From: Desulfurococcaceae archaeon
GTDB lineage: Archaea > Thermoproteota > Thermoprotei_A > Sulfolobales > Desulfurococcaceae
Length of the DNA stretch: 64,000 nucleotides
Assembly (NCBI GenBank): GCA_041287395.1
Contig: JBEULI010000029.1
Span: 4,837-68,836, forward strand
Direction: 5' to 3'
Position 1 is the stretch's first letter. Each line of letters begins with the position of its first letter. A program made the position numbers and the translations under genes. Below the pieces are notes generated by a model. The model saw only the letters and a program-made list of their open reading frames with translations, made no database searches and was not told the DNA's origin. Shown here in pieces: positions 26,438 through 34,939 of the stretch.

Positions 26438-27583
26438 TTGGACATGGAACGCGTCAGGGCGAAGGCGCTCCTGATCATGCTTGTTGCATTGCTGATGGCG
26501 CAAACCTCTTCGCGCGTTAGCTCAGCGGACACATCGCCAATAACCATTTTGTACAACGGGATGGTGAGCGTAACGGCCTCGAGCGAGTATGTGAGCCGCA
26601 TTTGTCCGATGTGCAACTCGACAACCCTACAGCTGACGATCTACTACGAGGTGATCGTGAACTTTACCTATGAGCTTGTCAACGGCCACATGTTCTTTGC
26701 GGGCTCGTATGCGGTCAGGCCCAAGGGGATCGATGGCTCGCTGGGGCTCGTCTCTCGCCAGCTCCCCCCAGAATTTGTCGATGACCTGTACGCCTCGCTA
26801 AAGGTCGCCGGGACCTATTCCGGGAAGGATGTTAACGACCCGCCCCTGCTCATATCCATCGGCACAACAGGTCCCGAATTGAGGCAAGCGCCCAGGAACG
26901 GAGATCTAGTGGACTTCGCCCGGATGGGCGTGGACATGTACCACTACAGGTTCTTCAACGCTGTCTACGGAGTTCTCAGGACCTGGGAGCTGATCGACCT
27001 CTACGTGGAGCCTTTGACGGGCACGCCCGTGGTGGTTTCGAGGACGGTCAACGAAGTCGGTGCCGACGGATCCTCGCTGACGGTATACCAGTTCGTCAAC
27101 GGCGTCCCCGGCCTATCCTCGCTCGAGCAGCGTATTGGAAGGACAGTGGTGCAGTTCAGGACGTTGTACGGCTTCACGGGGAACGTGCTTGTGCTGTCCC
27201 TCGGCGATAACATTTCGTATACAATCAATGGCCGCTGCATCTCGCTTGACCTGCATAAGGCCTCTCCGCTGATTCTCGTGGTCTCCACCGACGTCTCGAG
27301 CCCGCTGGCCAACTCAACGGGGCTCGCGCGAGTTGAGATCGGCAACGCCGAAGTGTTTTATACGCCATCGCCAACGATCTCAACCAACTTAAGCGTGTGC
27401 ATAGCCAACGCAACCTTCCTCGAGGCCAGCAACGCCGCCCCTCCAGAGGCTGGAGCAAACGTGCCGAGCAGCTCGAGGTTCAACGCGGCCGAGGTCTCAT
27501 TCGTCGTGGCGTTCGAGCTCCTGATCATTTATGGGGTCTACAGGGTAATTGGATTGATCTCGCGCAAATTGGGCGCCACGTGA
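26438..27583 (+). CDS. exported hypothetical protein with signal peptide and C-terminal TM anchor
   Basis: N-terminus ALLIMLVALLMAQTSS. C-terminal anchor VSFVVAFELLIIYGVYRVIGLI. Several N-x-S/T sequons. Confidence 0.6.
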   Translation: MDMERVRAKALLIMLVALLMAQTSSRVSSADTSPITILYNGMVSVTASSEYVSRICPMCNSTTLQLTIYYEVIVNFTYELVNGHMFFAGSYAVRPKGIDGSLGLVSRQLPPEFVDDLYASLKVAGTYSGKDVNDPPLLISIGTTGPELRQAPRNGDLVDFARMGVDMYHYRFFNAVYGVLRTWELIDLYVEPLTGTPVVVSRTVNEVGADGSSLTVYQFVNGVPGLSSLEQRIGRTVVQFRTLYGFTGNVLVLSLGDNISYTINGRCISLDLHKASPLILVVSTDVSSPLANSTGLARVEIGNAEVFYTPSPTISTNLSVCIANATFLEASNAAPPEAGANVPSSSRFNAAEVSFVVAFELLIIYGVYRVIGLISRKLGAT

Positions 27584-27633
27584 AGTCTTTAAATTCTCAT
27601 CGGTCGATTGGATGCTCTTCGGGGGACGACATC

Positions 27634-28005
27634 TTGGAATTGGAAGAGGAGCGGCTTGAGATCAAGCACACGTCGGCGGTCATATATGTGAAGTTCAGGG
27701 ACGGCTCCAAGGCCTACCTTAAGTACGAGATCAAGGACGGGAGGATGTACCTCTTGGAAACCTACACGCCGCCGCAACACAGGGGAAGGGGCGTGGCCGC
27801 GAGGCTTGTCGAATATGCGATCAAGATGGCTGAGGAGCGGAGGCTCGAGATAGTGCCCATATGTAGCTATGCGATCAGCTACTTCATCAAGCACGAGGAG
27901 GCCAGGCGCCTATTGGCTGGCGAGTACAGATCGATGAGCAAGGAGCAGCTCGAGGAGCTCTTCAAGAGGAGGCTCGAGGAGGAGAGGGCCAAGGGCGAGG
28001 GCTAA
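27634..28005 (+). CDS. small GNAT-like acetyltransferase (YjdJ/Acetyltransf_CG type)
   Basis: The C-terminal part of track ORF 27397..28005 reads YLLETYTPPQHRGRGVAARLVEYAIKMAEERRLEIVPICSYAISYF. The upstream part overlaps the previous gene, so I prefer the TTG start at 27634 or 27640. Confidence 0.6.
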   Translation: MELEEERLEIKHTSAVIYVKFRDGSKAYLKYEIKDGRMYLLETYTPPQHRGRGVAARLVEYAIKMAEERRLEIVPICSYAISYFIKHEEARRLLAGEYRSMSKEQLEELFKRRLEEERAKGEG

Positions 28006-28025
28006 AATAATTGTGGTACTCGCTC

Positions 28026-28259
28026 ATGCCTCGCGTGAAGTACGTTGGCTGGATCTCGGACCTTGTAAGGGCACGCGAGGAAGTGGTGAGGGCAGAGAGC
28101 GTCGGGCAGCTGATCGAGCATGTCTTGTCGAAGGCCAAGAGGCAAGTGCCACTGGAACGGTTGATCGTCCTAGTGAATGGCGCGCCGGCTCGAGACCTTC
28201 TTGCCCGGCTCGGGGACGATGACGTTGTAGTGATCATGGGCGAGACCGGGGGAGGCTAA
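28026..28259 (+). CDS. MoaD/ThiS-family ubiquitin-like small protein ending in Gly-Gly
   Basis: About 77 aa. The C-terminus is ...VVVIMGETGGG followed directly by the stop. Length and pattern fit a beta-grasp sulfur carrier or SAMP-like protein. An alternative TTG start lies at 28011. Confidence 0.65.
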   Translation: MPRVKYVGWISDLVRAREEVVRAESVGQLIEHVLSKAKRQVPLERLIVLVNGAPARDLLARLGDDDVVVIMGETGGG

Positions 28260-28837
28260 GTATTCTCCAGGGCCTCTAGCTCGTCCAGGTCCAGGAGGTC
28301 GGCCCTAGGCCAGCCCTTGCACGCCATGTCCACGGCCCTTTCGAGGGCCTCTATTGGTGAGAGGCCCTCCTCGAACACGAGCTTATGTAAGAGCTCGTAG
28401 TGCAGGCGCACCTCCTCGTAATATCTTTCAAGGAGTCTCCAGGGCGGGTCAATCATGGGCCCCTTCCCAACGCCTGGGCAATTCATGGAAATTTCAAGCA
28501 CATTTGGATTCCCGGGGCTCACTGGTATGAACGGGTACAGCCTACACCTCATCGGCCTGGCCGGGTATATGCTGCAGGCGGGCCTCCCCTCCTTATCCCT
28601 CGTCAGGAACACGCACCTGCCATTGCGGCCCCTCAGGACCGGGATGGCAAAGTAGTCGGCTATCACGGCGTATATTTTATCGCCCACGAGGTCCGTCCAA
28701 TTGACTCCCAGGAACTTCGAAATCCTGCAGATGTCGAACGCGGTCAAGGACACGTTCGGTCCGCTGCTACAGCACTTCCCGCTCCTCTGACAAGCAAACC
28801 TTACCTTTTCCCCTCTCTTCACAATGGGATTGTTCAT
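28256..28837 (-). CDS. YkgJ-family cysteine-cluster protein (UPF0153)
   Basis: Contains FACQRSGKCCSSGP ... CVFL ... RPACSIYPARPMRCRLYPF, the typical CxxCxxCC / C..C cluster pattern. Confidence 0.75.
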   Translation of the reverse strand: MNNPIVKRGEKVRFACQRSGKCCSSGPNVSLTAFDICRISKFLGVNWTDLVGDKIYAVIADYFAIPVLRGRNGRCVFLTRDKEGRPACSIYPARPMRCRLYPFIPVSPGNPNVLEISMNCPGVGKGPMIDPPWRLLERYYEEVRLHYELLHKLVFEEGLSPIEALERAVDMACKGWPRADLLDLDELEALENT

Positions 28838-28946
28838 TGGGGCTCGTGAGGCAAGACCACTTACGGCGCCTAAAAATGTGATTCTTACATTTTATTGGGT
28901 TGCTGGCTCGGCGGTCCGCGTCCCGGAACTCCTTGGAGGTGTTTTC

Positions 28947-29534
28947 ATGAGATCCCGCGAAGTTCCCGAGGGGCGCAATTCGCGCAAGGCAAGGTGGCTC
29001 CTCCTGCTAGACCTGGACGGAACGGTATGGGATTGTAGGGACATATCATCGCTCTCGCCCCCCTTCGAAAGGATCGATCAATACACGTTCAGGGACTCGA
29101 GGGGCTTCTCGGTGAGGGTTTACGGGGATGTGGTGGCACTGATGAAGTGGGCACGCGCACACGGGGCGGTGGTTGCAGCGCTTAGCTGGAACGTGAGGGA
29201 GATAGCGGTGGAGGCGTTGGACGCTAGCGGATTGCTGGAGCTCATGGACTACCAGGCGATCGAGTACCACCCCAGGAAGGACCTGATGGCGTTGAAGCTT
29301 TTCGAGGAGCTGAAGAGGAGGGGACTCGGCCACGTCCTGGAATGCATCGTCTATGTCGACGACTCCGAGGCCTTCCTAGGGCAAGTCTCGAAGGCCTTTG
29401 ATAAGGTATGCGCCATAAGGGCGTGGGCGGATTTCAAGGACCTGGAGTCCCTTGCAGAGAGAGTTTGCACGTGCTTAGCGCGGTGCGGTTTTGGCTGTGA
29501 CGGCGAGAAGCCGAGGGCGTATAGCGCGCGGTGA
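28947..29534 (+). CDS. HAD-superfamily phosphatase (magnesium-dependent phosphatase-1-like)
   Basis: LLLLDLDGTVWD (DxDxT motif I), ALSWN (motif II-like) and VYVDDSE (motif IV-like). I prefer the internal ATG at 28947 to the track start at 28824. Confidence 0.6.
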   Translation: MRSREVPEGRNSRKARWLLLLDLDGTVWDCRDISSLSPPFERIDQYTFRDSRGFSVRVYGDVVALMKWARAHGAVVAALSWNVREIAVEALDASGLLELMDYQAIEYHPRKDLMALKLFEELKRRGLGHVLECIVYVDDSEAFLGQVSKAFDKVCAIRAWADFKDLESLAERVCTCLARCGFGCDGEKPRAYSAR

Positions 29535-29806
29535 TGGCGTCCGCCTTTGCCGAGCTCAACGTAATCGCTGGAAGCCCTTCGGGATGTTTTTAAGGTTCCG
29601 CGCAAAGGGTGAATGCCGATGAGGAAGCCCTGCCGCTGGCAAGCCGAAAGGCGATGAGCACTGTGAACCCCTGGCCGACGTTCATCCCGGGGGGTTGAAC
29701 TACTCTACTGCTGTAGCTCAGTTTCGCGATCATGCCCTCGGCCAGCGACGCCCGGCGCTGGCTAAGCTTTTAACCATGCCAGGTCGACTGTCTCGTGGTG
29801 TAGGCC

Positions 29807-30865
29807 TTGGAGCTACTGTACGTGGCAAAGGATGCAGCGTTCGCTGGCGACGTCCACGTCAGGTCCTTCGAGGTCAACGTTGAACTCGGGGATAGCGGCG
29901 TCAGCAGGGCCGTGGTGCCGCTGGACATCGGGGCGCCCAAGGGGACAACCGCGGCGCTGGCGCTGATAGAGATGGTGGTCGAGTCGCAGGGGAAACCCAT
30001 TGGCTGGAAGCTGAAGCTCGAGGGCATGAACGTTGCTAGGGAGTTCAAGCCCCTCCTCAGCGTCAGGGAGGGGGGGAGGACGCTCCACAAGCTCGTGTAC
30101 GACGTCACGAGCCTCCTCAACACCCCCCGGGCGCTTGGCAAGAGCTCCTATGCGCTGTCAGTGAGGCACGTGGGAGGGGATAACGCAAAGATCAGGGGGA
30201 TAAACGCAGTGGTGGTTCTCGAGTACCCTGGCGCCTCGTCGGCGCTCAACTACTTGACCGGCTTCAAGCGGCTGGCCGCAGGCGAGTCATTCGAGGCAAG
30301 CTTCAACCTGTCTGGGGGCGAGGCATACGTTCACGCAGCTTTCGTGCCCCTGGGCAGGGGCGGCAGGGTGAGGGTTTGCGTTGACGACGTATGCCAAACA
30401 GATCACGCGGTCTTGGGCGAGTACGAGCCAGTGGTCGTGGGCCCCCGCGAGGGCCTGAGGAAGGTGTGGCTGAAGTACGAGGGCTCCCGCGACATATTCC
30501 TGTCAAGTCTCTTGGCCTATGGGGCTTTGGTGCCGGAGCCGTCGTTGAGGATAACGTCCTACGAGGTAGAAGAGCATGGATCAACGGTGAAAATTAGGGC
30601 CAGGATCTCGAACGTTGGTGCGGCCTCCCCAGACCATTCCCTGGTGACCGCGCTCAGCGCTGGCAACGTCCTCGGCGTCTCGCGCATTGGGAACCTTGCG
30701 CCAGGCGCAGAGGAGGACGTGGTGTTGAACGTTGGGCGTCCCGCCAACGGGGAGCTCGTGCTCAGGGTCGTCTGGAGGAAGCTTGCTAGAGTCAGGTTCG
30801 CAGAGGCCAGAATAGCCGTTGGAGGGCGCAATGCCGGCCCAGCCCAACGGCGCGGTCAAATGTAG
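29807..30865 (+). CDS. hypothetical protein with C-terminal CARDB/Ig-like beta-sandwich, no signal peptide
   Basis: 352 aa. The C-terminal ~100 aa (ITSYEVEEHGSTVKIRARISNVGAASP...LAPGAEEDVVLNV) resembles a CARDB-type domain. Confidence 0.5.
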   Translation: MELLYVAKDAAFAGDVHVRSFEVNVELGDSGVSRAVVPLDIGAPKGTTAALALIEMVVESQGKPIGWKLKLEGMNVAREFKPLLSVREGGRTLHKLVYDVTSLLNTPRALGKSSYALSVRHVGGDNAKIRGINAVVVLEYPGASSALNYLTGFKRLAAGESFEASFNLSGGEAYVHAAFVPLGRGGRVRVCVDDVCQTDHAVLGEYEPVVVGPREGLRKVWLKYEGSRDIFLSSLLAYGALVPEPSLRITSYEVEEHGSTVKIRARISNVGAASPDHSLVTALSAGNVLGVSRIGNLAPGAEEDVVLNVGRPANGELVLRVVWRKLARVRFAEARIAVGGRNAGPAQRRGQM

Positions 30866-31677
30866 GCAAGCCTAAGCCCTGCCTCCCTGCAGAACTCCTC
30901 GACGATCCTGCGGCCCTCGCTGTTGACGCCCTTCCTCTCGACCACGGCGAGCCTCGGCGCAGGCACGGTTCTTCTGGCCATCATCGCCAGGGTTTCCCTC
31001 GAAAGCGCGTCCAGCGAGTACTTGGGCATGATATGGCCGTAGCACACGCCATTGTTGAGCGCGTGCTCGGTATGCTTCCATGGGTAGTGCCCGCCACCCA
31101 CTCCTATGGCTGGCTCACAAGCCACCTGGGGGGATTCGAGGAACCTTGCAACGCTCCCGGCGAGCACCTCGTGGTTTCGCACATCAACCCACTCCTCGGG
31201 GGAGCTGCCGATCTCGACGAAGACGAGAGGCCTCGGAACGCCGGTCGGGCCATGGTGTGTCGCTTCGTAGCTTACCCTGTATTCCTTGTCCCTGCCGCTG
31301 GCCTTGGCCTCCTCTGCCAGTCCCCTCAGGAGGGCTAGTCCCGCCGCGGCGTCGGCGTAGCCGAGCTCCCCAGGCCTGCCGCCGAACTTCGCCTCGTCCG
31401 CGAAGTTCCCTGTGAAGTGCACCGTGTAGCTCTTGATGCGCGCCTCGCTGGAGTGCCTTGAGAGGACGACGAACCTCTCGGCCAGCGGCAGGCGCTCGGC
31501 CAGGAACTCAAAGTATATGACGTCCTCCGCGAAGCCCACGAGGAGCGCCCCGGTGGATAGCTCGTAGGCCTCTTCGGCGCCTGCGACCTCGGCCCGTTCC
31601 CCGCCCACTAAGTCGAGCAAGGCCTTCGCGGCGCCGCTTCCTGCCGGATCCCTCACGCTGTGGACTACGGCTATCAT
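30856..31677 (-). CDS. dtdA: D-aminoacyl-tRNA deacylase, archaeal type
   Basis: Contains IAVVHSVRDPAG, YTVHFTGN, YEATHHGPT, VEIGSS and GVGGGHY blocks. I prefer the internal ATG at 31677, which removes the overlap with taw3. Confidence 0.85.
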   Translation of the reverse strand: MIAVVHSVRDPAGSGAAKALLDLVGGERAEVAGAEEAYELSTGALLVGFAEDVIYFEFLAERLPLAERFVVLSRHSSEARIKSYTVHFTGNFADEAKFGGRPGELGYADAAAGLALLRGLAEEAKASGRDKEYRVSYEATHHGPTGVPRPLVFVEIGSSPEEWVDVRNHEVLAGSVARFLESPQVACEPAIGVGGGHYPWKHTEHALNNGVCYGHIMPKYSLDALSRETLAMMARRTVPAPRLAVVERKGVNSEGRRIVEEFCREAGLRLAYI

Positions 31678-31779
31678 GGCCGCCCACTTGCTCGAACACC
31701 CTACGAGCCCTGCCCGGCATTTAAGGACCCTTGCGTAGACACCGGTTATGGCGAGGGCACGTCCAAGGAGGACTATCTC

Positions 31780-32505
31780 ATGAAAGCCATGCCAGAGGAC
31801 TTGTGGAGGAGGCAGAAGAGGCTCGCGATCCAAAGGCTCTGGGAGGACCTCGAAATAGGCTACCTTGACAAGGACCTTCTACCGGTTCTCGTGCTAGTGA
31901 ACAGGGATGAAAGGTACTATACCAAGAGCAGCTGCAGCGGCAGGATCGTGATCAGCGACAGCACCACGCCGTGGTCGAGGGAGGAAACGGGAACGGTGTT
32001 CAAGAAGCACGTCGAAGTGAGCGTTGAGGAGCTGGAGCACGTGCTAGCGACCAGGCCCGTCAGGAGCTTCTGGCTGAACGTGAGCGGCCCAATAGTACAC
32101 CTCTCCGCCAGGAGCCTAGCGGCAGCGATTGAAATGCTTAGGATCGCCAGGAGGGCTGGGTACAAACATAGCGGCATCCTCTCGCTCAACCCGCGCAAGG
32201 GGGTAGTCGTCGAGCTCAGGACGGGCGTCAGGATGTCGCATCTGCTGGCGACGCAGGGCGGCGTCCTCGTGAGGGGGAGGCAGCTCGAAGAGGTGGTCGA
32301 AGCTGCCAACAGGATACTGATGAAGGGCAAGGAGTTCCTTGAGAGGCTCTATGTGGAGGCGTCGAGGGAGCTTCCAAGGGAAGTGGACGCCGAGTTCGAG
32401 GGGAGCGATCTGGCCAGGGCGGCCAGCGCACGCGCGAGGAGCCCGCTGGAGCTATATAGGGAGATGTTGTCCGAGTCGCGTCGTACTCATGCCAGCGGTC
32501 CCTGA
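31780..32505 (+). CDS. taw3: tRNA wyosine-derivative methyltransferase Taw3 (TYW3 family)
   Basis: Contains YLDKDLLPVL and the diagnostic YTKSSCSGRI motif. I prefer the start at ATG 31780. Confidence 0.8.
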   Translation: MKAMPEDLWRRQKRLAIQRLWEDLEIGYLDKDLLPVLVLVNRDERYYTKSSCSGRIVISDSTTPWSREETGTVFKKHVEVSVEELEHVLATRPVRSFWLNVSGPIVHLSARSLAAAIEMLRIARRAGYKHSGILSLNPRKGVVVELRTGVRMSHLLATQGGVLVRGRQLEEVVEAANRILMKGKEFLERLYVEASRELPREVDAEFEGSDLARAASARARSPLELYREMLSESRRTHASGP

Positions 32506-32633
32506 GGTATGGCCAGGAGCGGCCCTCTGAGCTCGCGCGGTCGTAGATAGCGCTGGCTGCCATGCAGGCATTTTTCGCGGGGCGTCAGTCTTTTTACTTC
32601 CGCGCGACTTCAAGGCGGGGCTGGTGGAGGGGC

Positions 32634-32975
32634 TTGGAGGGGCAGGGGAGCCCCGAGATAACGATCGAGGAGTTCGGGAGGGTTGATCTGAGGGTCGGGC
32701 TCGTCAAGGAGGCCTCGAGGATTAGCGGGAGCAGGAAGCTGATAAAGCTAGTCGTGGACCTCGGCGAGCTCGGCACGAGGACACTGGTGGCAGGGCTGGG
32801 CGAGTGGTACGAGCCCGAGCACTTCGTAAACAAGCACGTTATAGTCGTGGCGAACCTGAAGCCAAGGAAGATATTCGGCATCGAGAGTCAGGGGATGATC
32901 CTGGCAACCGACACGGAGGTGCCGGTCATACTGACTGTGGAAAGGGAGGTGAGGCCGGGAGCGAGGGTCAGGTAG
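32634..32975 (+). CDS. tRNA-binding domain protein (Trbp111/CsaA-like OB fold)
   Basis: EEFGRVDLRVGLV...KLIKLVVDLGE..RTLVAGL...VVANLKPRKIFGIESQGMILA is the classic tRNA-binding OB domain. The TTG start at 32634 gives a ~113-aa protein. The track ORF starts at 32562. Confidence 0.75.
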   Translation: MEGQGSPEITIEEFGRVDLRVGLVKEASRISGSRKLIKLVVDLGELGTRTLVAGLGEWYEPEHFVNKHVIVVANLKPRKIFGIESQGMILATDTEVPVILTVEREVRPGARVR

Positions 32976-34362
32976 CGGCGCCGGACTTCGCCAGGTACCT
33001 CCTGTACTCCAGCACCTTTGCCAAGCTCGTCACGGCCCTCTCGGGGCTCGGATAGGCAGGTATGCCGTGCCTGTTCAGCATCCTTATCGCCTGGGCCACG
33101 TCCTCCCCTCCCACCATTGCGACCAGCACGGGCTTGGAGAGCCCCCTCTTCTTCGCCAGCCCCACAATGGCATTGGCTAGGTCCCTCGGGTCAAGCACGG
33201 CCGTCCTACAGTAGAGAACTACGATGTTATCGACTTCACTAGCTTCCAGCGCTGTCTCCAGCGCGCTTATGTAGTTCTCGACCACCGCCTGTCCCGTCAG
33301 GTCGACGGGGTTCTTCGGGCTACCGAACCACGGCATGGCCTTCCTGAGCCTCTCCTTCAACTCCTCCGAGGGCATCAGCAATGGGACCCCATGTTTCTCG
33401 GCGGCATCGGTCGCGAGCACTCCGACGCCGCCGCCGTTAGTTACTATCAGCGTCGACTCGCCTTTCGGCAACGGCAGGTATGCAAAGGCCCGCGCCCAGT
33501 CGAACATTTCCTCAACGGTGTTTGCCTGTATCACGCCGGCCTGTTTGAAAGCCGCCGCGTAGACCTGGGCATTGCCTGCCAGGCTCCCCGTGTGGCTGGC
33601 CACCGCTGCAGCGCCGCGCTGGCTTATTCCGGCCTTTATCACTATGACGGGTTTCCTCTTGGTGACCTTGCTCATGACTTCGACGAACCTCCTGCCACTC
33701 CCCGGCTTCAGGCCCTCGAGGTAGACGGTTATCACCTTGGTCTCGGGGTCGTCCGCCAGGTACTCCGCTAGCTCCAGAACGTCTACGTCGGCCATGTTGC
33801 CGAGGCTTACGAGCGCCGAGAGCCCTATTTCCTCCATTATCGTCCAACCCATCAGGGCTATGCCCAATGCACCGCTCTGGCTGAGGAAGGCTATGGGCCC
33901 CTCCTTGACCTCCAGGGGGCCGAACGTGGCGTTGAGCTTGAAGGGCGTGTAGACGTAGCCGAAGATGTTCGGTCCCAGCACTCTCATGCCGTACTTCCTA
34001 GCGATCTCCACGAGTTTCCTCTCGGCCTCCACGTTGCCCACCTCCCCGAACCCTGACGTTATTACGACGAGGTGCTTGACTCCCTTCCTGCCGCACTGCT
34101 CCGCTGCTTCGAGGACGAGCTTCTCTGGGATGGCCACGATTGCGACATCAATTTCATCGGGTACGTCGAGCACGGAAGGATAGGCCTTGAGACCCTCTAT
34201 CTCGGTGGCGTTCGGATTTATTGGATATATCCTGCCCTTATACCCGTACTCCTTCAAGTTCTTCAGTATGATGTGGCCTATCTTGTTCGGCTCCCTGCTC
34301 GCGCCGATCACGGCCACTGAGCGGGGCCTGAAGAGCGCAGCGAGTTGATCGCTCATATGCAT
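32968..34362 (-). CDS. ADP-forming acetyl-CoA synthetase alpha subunit / CoA-binding acyl-CoA synthetase
   Basis: Contains LFRPRSVAVIGASREPNKIGH, ITSGFGE and a succinyl-CoA-synthetase-like flavodoxin domain with SHTGSLAG (phospho-His loop). Confidence 0.85.
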   Translation of the reverse strand: MHMSDQLAALFRPRSVAVIGASREPNKIGHIILKNLKEYGYKGRIYPINPNATEIEGLKAYPSVLDVPDEIDVAIVAIPEKLVLEAAEQCGRKGVKHLVVITSGFGEVGNVEAERKLVEIARKYGMRVLGPNIFGYVYTPFKLNATFGPLEVKEGPIAFLSQSGALGIALMGWTIMEEIGLSALVSLGNMADVDVLELAEYLADDPETKVITVYLEGLKPGSGRRFVEVMSKVTKRKPVIVIKAGISQRGAAAVASHTGSLAGNAQVYAAAFKQAGVIQANTVEEMFDWARAFAYLPLPKGESTLIVTNGGGVGVLATDAAEKHGVPLLMPSEELKERLRKAMPWFGSPKNPVDLTGQAVVENYISALETALEASEVDNIVVLYCRTAVLDPRDLANAIVGLAKKRGLSKPVLVAMVGGEDVAQAIRMLNRHGIPAYPSPERAVTSLAKVLEYRRYLAKSGAAT

Positions 34363-34372
34363 CGATTCGATT

Positions 34373-34939
34373 TCATCGAAGTGGCCCTTTAAAAGGCTGG
34401 ACGCCGGACGGCAGGAGTTCAGCGCACTTGCCAGTGAAAATGTTGCAGGCCAATAGCCTTTCTCCGATCACGAGCACGTTGCCGAGCGCGCTGGCGCCGG
34501 GCGCAACCAGCGATCCCCTCGCCCTGGGCTCCCTGCACCCGCCCAGGACGGCCACGTCGGGGCGAAGGGCGGCCAGGACCTCGTCGACCCACGCCCTGCT
34601 CACGCCGTCGCTGCAAATCCTGTTACCTACTCCCTGTGCCCACGAGATCAAGACTTGGCCAACGCCTTCGACGCCGATCACGGCGTAGCTCCTGCGGGGC
34701 CATTCGCGGGCCAGAATCTTACCATGGGCTCTCAGGACCCTTACGCTGGAGACTTCGTCTGAGTCCGTTGGCACGAAGCCCAACAACGTCGGCCCGAGGA
34801 GCCTGGGGATCCTTTCAGCAACGGCCGGCGATCTAGGGGCTCCTAGCACGATCAGCTTAGCTCGCGCTTCGCGCGAGAGCGCGTAGGAGCGGATCAGCAG
34901 GTACAAGCCGTCGCCAGGCCTGTCCAGGATCGCTATCAT
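34373..34939 (-). CDS. hypothetical protein
   Basis: 188-aa ORF. Its ATG shares 1 nt with the stop of the upstream nucleotidyltransferase-like gene (34939). No motif recognised. Confidence 0.45.
   Translation of the reverse strand: MIAILDRPGDGLYLLIRSYALSREARAKLIVLGAPRSPAVAERIPRLLGPTLLGFVPTDSDEVSSVRVLRAHGKILAREWPRRSYAVIGVEGVGQVLISWAQGVGNRICSDGVSRAWVDEVLAALRPDVAVLGGCREPRARGSLVAPGASALGNVLVIGERLLACNIFTGKCAELLPSGVQPFKGPLR

Noticed and set aside
29610-29680. Candidate C/D-box sRNA (two GATGAG elements, CCGA and CTGTGA).
   Set aside because: The boxes deviate from the RUGAUGA and CUGA consensus, and the box spacing (~20 nt) does not fit the ~12-nt archaeal guide spacing.
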